DNA of 47,304 nucleotides. Origin: a virus (taxonomy: Duplodnaviria; Caudoviricetes). Positions within the stretch are counted from its first letter, which is position 1. Every line of letters starts with the position of its first letter. This document shows positions 1 to 8,800 of the stretch, piece after piece. Under the pieces are notes generated by a model that was given only the letters and a program-made list of their open reading frames with translations, was not told the DNA's origin and did not search any database. Both the position numbers and the translations under genes were made by a program. Location: the IMG/VR virus record IMGVR_UViG_3300049828_000141, positions 1 to 47,304 of that record; one strand, 5' to 3'.

Positions 1-241
1 TGTGCGCCTTGCGCCAAGCCGCAACGGTGTTTTCCCATTCGGCCAGCGTCTCGCATTCGGCGGCGGCGTTGAACACGTCGTCCTTAGCCGTCGTCGTCGC
101 GTTGGTCATGGTCCGATTGGCGTCGTTCAGGAAAACGGTGGCCTTTTCGTTGACCCTGACTTGCTGCGGGAGCGGAAGCGGAAGTGCGTCTTTCACATCA
201 ACGCCTACCGCGTTCTGCACTGCATTGGTGATTGCGTTCAT
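1..241 (-). CDS. Early hypothetical protein, N-terminal part; runs off the window start and probably continues in the ORF at 46807-47304
   Basis: ATG at 241 with a GAGG RBS (gagggtaagactATG). Open frame MNAITNAVQNAVGVDVKDALPLP... to base 1. Not in the ORF track because it has no stop. Confidence 0.7.
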   Translation of the reverse strand, partial: MNAITNAVQNAVGVDVKDALPLPLPQQVRVNEKATVFLNDANRTMTNATTTAKDDVFNAAAECETLAEWENTVAAWRKAH

Positions 242-311
242 AGTCTTACCCTCATTGATGTTTGCGCTTGCCTAGTGGTCTCTCTAGTGCCGTCCGTTTA
301 TAGGATAAATG

Positions 312-563
312 TCAGTTCGGGTTGAATTCCTGCACCACTATCTCGCCTACAGTGCCGCCGGCCTCGGGCAGGGACTGCAATGCGGAAACGAGTGCCAACA
401 AGTAGCTCTCACGCTCGCAAATGACCTTGATGTAGTCCTTAGTCCCGTCCTCGTAGGTTACATGCACTGCCACCTGATAGTGGATTGCACGGCCGGGGAG
501 CGGTGAGACTAGTGCGTTATGGACAATGCCCTTTGCGGGGCGGGTCTCTTTCCATTCTGGCAT
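312..563 (-). CDS. Early hypothetical protein (83 aa)
   Basis: AAGGA RBS before the ATG; first gene of the leftward arm. Confidence 0.7.
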   Translation of the reverse strand: MPEWKETRPAKGIVHNALVSPLPGRAIHYQVAVHVTYEDGTKDYIKVICERESYLLALVSALQSLPEAGGTVGEIVVQEFNPN

Positions 564-633
564 GGTTGGGTTTCCTTCTAGGGTGTTGCCGATAAACGGG
601 CAGCACTAAGGAAACCACTAGGGGTCGCGCGGA

Positions 634-645
634 TTGTTAAAGAGT
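634..645 (-). promoter_or_regulatory. boxA-like antitermination element (ACTCTTTAACAA)
   Basis: 10/11 match to rrn boxA GCTCTTTAACA, in the untranslated leader of the early arm. Confidence 0.55.
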
Positions 646-813
646 GTGAGTCTAGCCCGTGGCCAGTGGCCTTTGAGCCTAGCAGCCGCCCTTTGCGCTG
701 CCGTCCGTTTCATTCCTTCCATAGAGTTAGTCAAGTTCCGTGCAAGTTAGTTCCCGCGTTTACCCTATAAATTTTGTAAGTAGATATACTTATGGGTATC
801 CATACAGTATTCG

Positions 814-837
814 GGTGTTGTATAACACTATAACACC
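814..837. promoter_or_regulatory. 24-bp palindromic site, copy 1 (GGTGTTGTA-N6-TATAACACC)
   Basis: 9-bp inverted arms with one mismatch; identical arms recur at 1230-1253. Confidence 0.6.
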
Positions 838-1229
838 GACCGTTTCCCGGTAACTCGGGCCGCTTGCGCTCTGGCCTTGTGGCGCACTGTAAGGCCCGCT
901 ACGAGGCGCGCGACCTGCCCGCTACCCTACCTGCGCCCCTTGCGAGATCGCGCGTTTAACGCGATATGCACATGGTTTATGCACGGGAATACTATTCCAC
1001 TATCTACCCAATCAATGGTCTATCCATTCCACGTATCAATGGATAATGGTATGGGTATTACACTTGAGAACATATCGTATCAAGGTCTGTACATTTCACA
1101 CATCAATGGTTTATGGTATAAACATATCAGTATCCGTAACAATGTGAAACAAGGATTGGCGGGGTATTGTTAATGAGATGTTGACAATCACCCGCCGCAT
1201 TGTCATGCGTCACGGTTCGGTATCGGACT

Positions 1230-1253
1230 GGTGTTGTAGTGATGTATAACACC
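1230..1253. promoter_or_regulatory. 24-bp palindromic site, copy 2 (GGTGTTGTA-N6-TATAACACC)
   Basis: Same arms as 814-837 with a different 6-bp spacer. Confidence 0.6.
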
Positions 1254-1532
1254 AATTCGCGCTTGCGCGCTGTGCGCGTAGGCCCCCCGGGCCCCCCTTA
1301 TCATTTTGAATTTCTTGCGACTGACGCAGTCGCTAATAAGGAGGGTAAAATGGGTTCTGAACAAGGAACAGTACGGTTCCCGAGAGGAGGAGGGAAACCC
1401 CCCGAGGGGGGTAGGACTGTTAGGGGTAAATTACTGATAAATAACAATTTGGTAAAAGCGCGGCGAAGCTCGCGCGTTAATAAACGAGGTAACTAAATTG
1501 CGTTGTGAAACAACGAGTTACCGAGAGAGATA

Positions 1533-1561
1533 TTGCTTTTTTTCTTAAAAAATGCTATAAT
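1533..1561 (+). promoter_or_regulatory. sigma70-type promoter for the structural arm
   Basis: TTGCTT (1533-1538), 17-bp spacer, TATAAT (1556-1561), with an extended TG motif. Confidence 0.75.
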
Positions 1562-1685
1562 ATTGAGGTATTAAGAAAGACGGGATGATAAGCCCGTCGC
1601 CCTCCTTGGGGGAGAGGCTCCGGAGGAAGTTAGAAGGAACTAAGGGGAGGACCCTTAGAGGTTCTTAAGACCGAAAGCGGGTACT

Positions 1686-2618
1686 ATGGACTACGACCAG
1701 TACGAAAAGGAGCGGATGCTAAGTAAGGCTGTCCCATTGGATGACCTTATCCTTGAGCTGTACAAGAATAAAGGCTTGTACCAAGAGCAAAGCGCTGCGC
1801 TGCTTAAGAACCGCCAAGGCCACATGGCCGACCAATACTACTATCGCGACCCTGAGCTAAAGAAAGAGCTGGGGGCATTGAACTTGATGGTAGCTGCTGA
1901 GCAAGCCCCAAACACGGATGGGTGGTTAGGGGCCCTAGGCCCATACAGGAACCAAGGTAAGCAGCTGGCTCTGGATTACAACAGGCACCAAACAGACGTT
2001 AACGGCGTAGTCAGGTTCTCTGACCGAAACATAGCCAACGTCTACAACGACATGAGTTCCCCCAAGACCATCCCCCACGAGCTGGAGCACACGCTGCAGT
2101 TGGGGCGTCCGCCGGGGGCTGACACGGTACAATCAGACTTTGGCCAAAGAGTCCCTCTCGGAGCTATAGGCGATAGCTTCTTCTGGAAGCTCATGGAGAA
2201 CGCCAAGAAGCTTAACCCAGAGCAGCAGCAAAGGGTTTTCCCCGCAGGCAACGCCTTCAATTCCCAGATGGAGCTGTTCGCCAACATAGCGGCGCACTCT
2301 GTAGTCTTGGCTTCCATGGGCGTAGACTTCCTAGACACCGAGGAAGGCAAGCTCCTGTTCCCAGACAAGGAAGCCCAAGCGTACTTCATTAAGGCTATCC
2401 ACCCCGGCATCAAGTCCATGTGGGCTTACCGGGAGGATAAGAACGGGAAGGGGGGCACAAGAAAGCCCCAGAAAGGTCCGCGATCCTACGCTCAGAAAGG
2501 CTACGACGCCATAAAGAGCTGGTGGAACGAGTCTCCAAAACAGATGAGTATGTTGGAGCTGGACAAGTCCCGGGCTAAAAAGAAAGCCCCCACTCACTCC
2601 AGAAAGGTTAAAAAGTAG
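1686..2618 (+). CDS. Hypothetical protein with a zincin-like HExxH metallopeptidase motif
   Basis: 310 aa. HELEH at nt 2076-2090, downstream MELFAN (gluzincin-like third ligand), basic C-terminal tail. Confidence 0.55.
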   Translation: MDYDQYEKERMLSKAVPLDDLILELYKNKGLYQEQSAALLKNRQGHMADQYYYRDPELKKELGALNLMVAAEQAPNTDGWLGALGPYRNQGKQLALDYNRHQTDVNGVVRFSDRNIANVYNDMSSPKTIPHELEHTLQLGRPPGADTVQSDFGQRVPLGAIGDSFFWKLMENAKKLNPEQQQRVFPAGNAFNSQMELFANIAAHSVVLASMGVDFLDTEEGKLLFPDKEAQAYFIKAIHPGIKSMWAYREDKNGKGGTRKPQKGPRSYAQKGYDAIKSWWNESPKQMSMLELDKSRAKKKAPTHSRKVKK

Positions 2619-2620
2619 CT

Positions 2621-2776
2621 ATGCTAGCATATGCATTTGGCGCCCTAGTTATTATTCTTATGGTCGGATTCGCCATCAAGCGAAGGAACCGTAAGAAGCT
2701 CCCCAAGAATCCAACCGATTGGTACGAACTGAAAGACAACGGCCGTGGAGGCCAAGCACCCCGGAGTGACGACTAA
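2621..2776 (+). CDS. Small single-pass membrane protein (51 aa)
   Basis: MLAYAFGALVIILMVGFAIKRRNRKK...; fills the gap between its neighbours exactly. Confidence 0.55.
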   Translation: MLAYAFGALVIILMVGFAIKRRNRKKLPKNPTDWYELKDNGRGGQAPRSDD

Positions 2777-2778
2777 CC

Positions 2779-3105
2779 ATGGCTAATGACAGCACACTTC
2801 CACTAGATCGTAACGCCACGGCGGTACAGGTCCTTGGGCCGGGTAACTACGCGGCAGGTATCGCCATTACCGTGGCGTCCAACCGTACGGCGTTGCCGAC
2901 AGGTTGCGTAGCGGGGGATATCCTCCGTATCGCCTCGTCTCAGGACTGCTACGTCAAGTTTGGTACGGTTACGGTTACGGCCACTACCTCAGACGTTCTG
3001 TTCCTAGCTGGGGCAGAGTTCATGAAGGTTCCGGCTGGAGCCACCCACATCGCGGGTATTCGAGTAGGCGCAGACGGCGTACTCCAAGTAACCAAGATGG
3101 TCTAA
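2779..3105 (+). CDS. Small beta-rich virion/decoration protein
   Basis: 108 aa rich in Ala/Thr/Val; GGAG upstream; in the structural arm. Confidence 0.55.
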   Translation: MANDSTLPLDRNATAVQVLGPGNYAAGIAITVASNRTALPTGCVAGDILRIASSQDCYVKFGTVTVTATTSDVLFLAGAEFMKVPAGATHIAGIRVGADGVLQVTKMV

Positions 3106-3109
3106 CCAC

Positions 3110-5875
3110 TTGGCGAAGAAAAGCCTACACAGTAAGGGTCCAAGGACACCGGGGGATACCACAGCCCCTACGGTGCCTACGGGCCTTACTGCGACCCTAG
3201 TAGGCGGTTCTTCCATCCAACTAACTTGGACAATAAACCAAGATGATACGCAAGGCTACGTCATTCGTAGAGGGCTTACCAGCGATGCTGCTAACTCCGG
3301 TACGGATCTGCAGACAATTGTTGGGCGTACAACTTCTGCTTATCTTGACCAAGGGCTTACCGCGGGAACTACGTACTACTACAGCATCCGGGCATACGAT
3401 GCCGCAGGTAACAACTCTGCAGGGTCACTGGTAGCCTTCGCGACGGTCCCAGCCGTTAACCAGCCCCCAGTCTACACAGGCCAAGATACGTACACCCCCC
3501 TAGTCGGGGACTTCTTTGTCCTCTACATGGATAACGTGTGGTACGACCCGGAAGGCCAGCCGATCACCTACACCGTAGATACGAACTCCCTTCCTGCGGG
3601 ACTCCAGTATCTGGACACCCCTCCCCGGATTGAGGGGGTGCCAACAACGGTAAATGGGACTCCGTACTCATTCACCATCACGGCCTTTGACTCGATTCAA
3701 TCAAACGACTGGGAGGCGAGAGCAGGGGCGGCGGGGGTAGTGTGGGCCCACGACTTCGAGTACGAAGACGAGCTGTGGAAGCACCTTAACCCGGCCGATA
3801 ACGCCGATCTGGGTAACGACGTTACCACGGTGTCCCCAAAGCAGATCAGGCCGTACATCGAGAACGACAACGGGGCTACTTGTTTGACCATCCCGCAATT
3901 GGGCGGGACCACGGTCCAGACTATAGCCACCCAGCCGGGGCTTACGACCTACGACTGGCCTACGGCCTCCATCACAACGTCCAGCAACTCTAGGGCTGAG
4001 TTCGTATTCCCAATTGATGCCGCGGCCCTAGGGATTGTAACGTCCTTGTCGACGTTCCGTATTGTCAGTGGCTCTGGTGGCCAGATCTGTGGCAATGAGA
4101 ACACGTACTTCGACGTCCCGGCAGCCACGCTGGAAACCCCGGGATACGTGATCGTAGACGATGTTAACCAAGTTGTACGAGTGGGCGTCCGCTACAGCAA
4201 CTTCGTTAACGTAGTTAACTGGTCCGGGGGCTTGAGGATTCAGCACGTTAAGGTGCAAGATACCTCAATCCCACCCCAAGAAATCTGGATCGACGAGAAG
4301 GTCGACGAGATTGGCCAAGGACTGTTCCCGGATGGCTGGGTCCACCCGGGCGAGACTTGGCCGTATCCTCAAGGCTACAACTCACTGAATCCTAGCGTAG
4401 TGCTGCCTACGGCCCACACGGTAGTCATTCAGTACGAGTACGACCTTAATGGCGAACCAGCCCGTCTAAAGGACAAGGTTACGGTTCTACAGAAGTTCTT
4501 TGACAATACAGAAGGGTCGCCTACCTACAAGAAGACTAGGCTGACCATCCGTAGGGCTAGCATGGGCATGGGCGACGCCGGTCGCCAAGAGAACCAGATC
4601 ATCAATAGGTTCTTCCCTTGTGAGATCCCTGCGGGGGCTGTTATCGGCAGAGACGTTACGGGCGGATGGACTCGTCCACTGTGCCCACTACGGCCGGGCG
4701 AGAACGGCAAGCCAGTAGACCAGCCAGATCCGGGCGCTCCGCTTACGCCGGGCGGCCCGGCTACCCTGCCCATCCGGCAGCTCTATAACGGGACGACAAA
4801 GGTTGCGTCCTTCCGTACAGGCTACTACGGCCACCAAGACTACCACGGTCTGTGGCCCACACTGGCTGAGCGATTCACTCCTAACACGATCCAACAGAAC
4901 GGCGTTAACCCGTTTAACGATAATGAGTTCTACTTGGCGTTTACTATGAAGTATTCGCCAACAATCGTGAACCGAGTAGACTCCACAAAGCTGTTCTTCC
5001 TTGACCAGTACCAGACCCCAGACGATTCCCAGATCGTAGGATCAAGCTACAAGATCGGCAGGCCGGAGTGGGACTGGTTCCACAACTACGGCTCGTACAT
5101 GAACAGCCTATTGCCCAATACGACGTGGCTGCCGCCCATCAATGAGTGGTTCGCAGTACGCATCCACATCATCGCAGGGCACGACAACGACATGGAATAC
5201 ACCTACGCCCAGTCGGGATCGGTGATTACCAACGTAGTGCAGAAGGTAAATGACGCAGGCCAAGAGCTTCTGGTCATCGAGTGTACAAATTTTGCGCTAA
5301 AAGCCGGCATGACTCGCAATCTAGACGGCACAGCGGACCCCGTAGTCGGTCTTTTGGGGCTTTATCCCCAATCTCCTCAGAATCCGCAGGGCAAAGACCC
5401 CACTATTTCGGGCTATTTTGACGGGTGGAAGGTCTCAATTCAGCAGTCCACGGTCACAAACCTGCCGGAATACGGCGAATTCATCGTACAAAGTCACGTA
5501 GTCAATGGCGCCACGACTACATTCACGCTAACCAAGAAGCAAACGTGGCCAGCGGGCCTGCCTTTGGTTGGTTGGAAGGTAAAGGCTGGCTGGAACGCCA
5601 AAGAAAACGCCAAATACTACGACACTTTTATCGAATTGCACAAAAAAGAGGCCTCAGACAGTGATTGGGTCCTTGTTTCGTCGTTTAACTGGCCGATTAC
5701 GTTCAATGGCGGCGTCTCGACGACGTCCGCAGGCAATCCACCGGGGTGGAGTAACTTCCAACCGACCGGGTATGCCAACATTGACGACAACAATCCCCCA
5801 GCCACCCACAGCATTTGGACAAGATTTAGGCAGTGCATCCTTAGTCACGAACCCATTGCTGCGCCTGCTCTCTAA
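3110..5875 (+). CDS. Large virion-associated protein: FN3 domain, Ig-like (He_PIG/cadherin-like) domain and possible jelly-roll lyase-like region
   Basis: 921 aa. DTTAPTVPTGL...YYYSIRAYDAAGNNS is a typical FN3 signature; DPEGQPITY...LPAGL...IEGVPT is an Ig-like repeat. Confidence 0.65.
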   Translation: MAKKSLHSKGPRTPGDTTAPTVPTGLTATLVGGSSIQLTWTINQDDTQGYVIRRGLTSDAANSGTDLQTIVGRTTSAYLDQGLTAGTTYYYSIRAYDAAGNNSAGSLVAFATVPAVNQPPVYTGQDTYTPLVGDFFVLYMDNVWYDPEGQPITYTVDTNSLPAGLQYLDTPPRIEGVPTTVNGTPYSFTITAFDSIQSNDWEARAGAAGVVWAHDFEYEDELWKHLNPADNADLGNDVTTVSPKQIRPYIENDNGATCLTIPQLGGTTVQTIATQPGLTTYDWPTASITTSSNSRAEFVFPIDAAALGIVTSLSTFRIVSGSGGQICGNENTYFDVPAATLETPGYVIVDDVNQVVRVGVRYSNFVNVVNWSGGLRIQHVKVQDTSIPPQEIWIDEKVDEIGQGLFPDGWVHPGETWPYPQGYNSLNPSVVLPTAHTVVIQYEYDLNGEPARLKDKVTVLQKFFDNTEGSPTYKKTRLTIRRASMGMGDAGRQENQIINRFFPCEIPAGAVIGRDVTGGWTRPLCPLRPGENGKPVDQPDPGAPLTPGGPATLPIRQLYNGTTKVASFRTGYYGHQDYHGLWPTLAERFTPNTIQQNGVNPFNDNEFYLAFTMKYSPTIVNRVDSTKLFFLDQYQTPDDSQIVGSSYKIGRPEWDWFHNYGSYMNSLLPNTTWLPPINEWFAVRIHIIAGHDNDMEYTYAQSGSVITNVVQKVNDAGQELLVIECTNFALKAGMTRNLDGTADPVVGLLGLYPQSPQNPQGKDPTISGYFDGWKVSIQQSTVTNLPEYGEFIVQSHVVNGATTTFTLTKKQTWPAGLPLVGWKVKAGWNAKENAKYYDTFIELHKKEASDSDWVLVSSFNWPITFNGGVSTTSAGNPPGWSNFQPTGYANIDDNNPPATHSIWTRFRQCILSHEPIAAPAL

Positions 5876-8800
5876 TGCCACAAACCACTAAGACAATCGT
5901 GTTCCAAGTGGCCGCACAGCCACCTCCGGTGACCGCGCCGTCGTGGTTTACGTCGCTTCCGTACCTTCAGTGGACTCCGGTAGCGGCGGGCGTTACGAAC
6001 AATCTGTCTCCTGAGTTCAACAACACGACTCTGGCTGCTTGGCAGCGCGGCAAGGCTATCAAGGAGGAAGTTCCTCCGCCTCCGTACCAAGGCAATCAGT
6101 CTCCCGACGACATTATCCAAGCCGGTAACGGCGCGGCTATTGACCAGACTGCTAAAGAAATGTGGCTGGTGGCTAACGGCGGACACTCAGGCTACCAAGG
6201 CAATGAGTCGTACAGGCTGGTACTGAATACCGCTACCCCGTATTGGCAGCGAGTAACGGACCCAACTCCGTTTGCTGACCTAAATTGGCACTTCGACACC
6301 GATCCAGTTACGCAGCCTGAGCAGAACCAATATTGGTCACGTAACCAGCTACTGGACCCGGGCAACGGGTTCTTGGCTTCCGGTGGCCGGACTTGGAACG
6401 GCCCCACGGCCGGCTCTACGTATCAGATTCAGGATTACCCGTCATGCGCCGGCGACGGCGCTTCGACTAACACAAGTCGGCAGCAGTGGCGTCCGTGGAC
6501 TATCACGAACCTTAACGACATTAACGACCGTCCGAGAACGATGCACACGGTCCACACTCCTTGGCACGCCAACGGCAAGGTGTGGTTCCCGCTGCAGAAC
6601 TCGGTAGACGACGGCACTGGTCCGTCGCACAATGTCGTCCTGTCGTTCAACTCTACGGCAGTGAAGGCGGGAACAATCCCACGTCCATTCTCTCCCGGCA
6701 GAGACGTGTGGGACTACTACCGCACAGTCACCGAGCTGGGCACTTCCGGCAACCTGATGGGCTGCTCGGCGTTTGATTCGTCGACTAACAGGGTCTGGTA
6801 TCACGCATCAAACGAGCCTACTTTCTACTCGGTTAACACAAATCCGGGCACGGAAGGCACTTACCGAGCGTACGTAGATCCTAATACCATTAACAGCCGC
6901 TACACAATTGCGGCTTCAGCCATATGTCCAGTAGCCGGTCGCAGGCTTTGGGTAGTGCTGTGTACCGATGCCAACCACAACAACGGCATCCGAGTGTTCA
7001 ATCTAGACCTTCTAGAAGCTGCGGCAGTTGGCTCGGCAGTAACTACCTCGATGGTACAGGCCATCGACAACGTTCCTACGATTGCTAACAAGTCGTGGAA
7101 CTGGAACCATCCAGTAGCCGGTGACCAGAAGAAGGGCTGGGGGATGGTTTGGCACGAGCCCAACAAGGCGTTCCTGCTATACAGCTGTGACGATATGAAC
7201 GACGGTACGGCGCGCAGTCGTAACCTACGTAGATTGACTCCTCCGCTCGTAAACGACGCCTACGATCCTAACGGAACGTGGGTTTGCGACGAAGTTGAGA
7301 TTACAGGAACTTTGCCCACCTTTGTAACTGGGGCTCCGGGGAGCACCAGCCGTTCGATTTCTGGCTGCTCATTTACCCGTTTTAACATCATCAATGATAT
7401 GGGTAATGGAGAGTCAATGCTTGTGCAGCAGGGCAACTACGACACGCCTTGCTTTGTGTGCAGACTACCAAACTCTCGCCTACCGTCTTACCCAACAACG
7501 CTAGCTCCAGCCAATTATGTAGTTTTCAACGACGGCGGGCTTTCGGGCGGAAACGTAGGAGAGATAGTTGTAGCAAACATCGCTGCAGCCGTTACAGCAG
7601 TTCAGCCCGGCCAAGTAATCGAACTACGCAATAGAGTTGCAGGAGCGGCTACTTGGGCGCAGGTTATTAACCTCAATAAATCTGGGACCGCTTCTCAGCC
7701 AATTACACTAAGAGTCCGGGAAGGCGACTCGGTTAGACTAAAAGCATCCGGCACATTGTTGTCTATCACAGGCAGCTACACTGTAGTCAGAGGCAACACT
7801 ACTGGAAGACTGGGCCTTGAGCTTGGTGATCCAGCAGAATGGGTAGTATCTCCGCCCAGCACTACTAACAACGGACAGGGCTACACACAAACAAACGGTT
7901 TGTATGTACAGAGCTGCTCAAATGTGCTGATTGAAAATAGCACCATTCACGGCGCAAAGCAGTATTACGCCAACGTACTGCACGGCACAGCGTCAAACAT
8001 TATTATGCGCAACTGCGAGTTCTCTAAGCACGGGACAATTCAGCGTGCTTCCGGGGGCAACAGCGGCGACACACTAAATGTTAGCTCAAAGCGCGTGCTA
8101 CTTGAGGACTGTGATTTTAGCCTTGGCGGGCACAACAACATATTCGTGGCTGGTCCGTATTTTGTTGCTCGTCGCTGCACGTTTGACGGTAACTGGGTTG
8201 GGCAGGGCACAGACTACACTGGCTGTCGCCCAGCTGATTTTGGTGGTGGAACTACAAGCAACCGAATCCCGGAGTCTGCGTGGCCGGGCGAATACGGTCC
8301 GCAGTTAATCGAAGACTGCATCATAAAGAACGCCGGCACATCGCAGAATGATACAGTAGGTGGTCCTGCCAACAACGATCCGGGACACAAACTGGAAAGC
8401 TACCGTCCAATATTCCGCGGTAATTTCTACTACGACAATCGTTCCCAGATTTGGCAGGGGCCGGGATACGGCGGTCTAGGCGCCAGCGCCACAGGCGAAG
8501 TTATGTCTCGCGGGTATCTGTATCACAATACTAGCTACTCGTCTGGTGGTGTGTGGCGCAATATTTCCTCTACCCTAGCTGAATACTCGGACGACCAACG
8601 CGAGTATCGTTTGGTAAATAACGTCTTTGCGCTACTAGGAAACGGGCGCCCTAACACGGGCGAAGCACAAGATGTAAACGTAGTTAAGTGGGACGACAAG
8701 ACGCCGCTAGGCGGCTACACCAACGGATGGAAGGGGTCGGTGTGGCGAGACAACATTTTCTCGGGCCCCGCCACGCTGAAAAATTTCCAGCTGACGCAGT

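Noticed and set aside
2-506. + strand ORFs 2-325, 9-275 and 309-506
   Set aside because: They are antisense shadows of minus-strand genes that have clear RBSs (starts at 241 and 563).
731-746. sigma54-like promoter (TTGCACG-N4-TTGA, minus strand)
   Set aside because: Both invariant dinucleotides (GG at -24, GC at -12) are broken.
814-837. dif/XerCD site
   Set aside because: It has a 6-bp spacer but no TTATGTTAAAT-like XerD arm; kept only as an unexplained palindrome.
960-1140. CRISPR-like array
   Set aside because: The repeats are only about 8 bp and irregularly spaced; there is no repeat-spacer periodicity.
877-1496. ORFs 877-1173 and 1200-1496
   Set aside because: No RBS, atypical composition, and they overlap repeats and hairpins of the control region.
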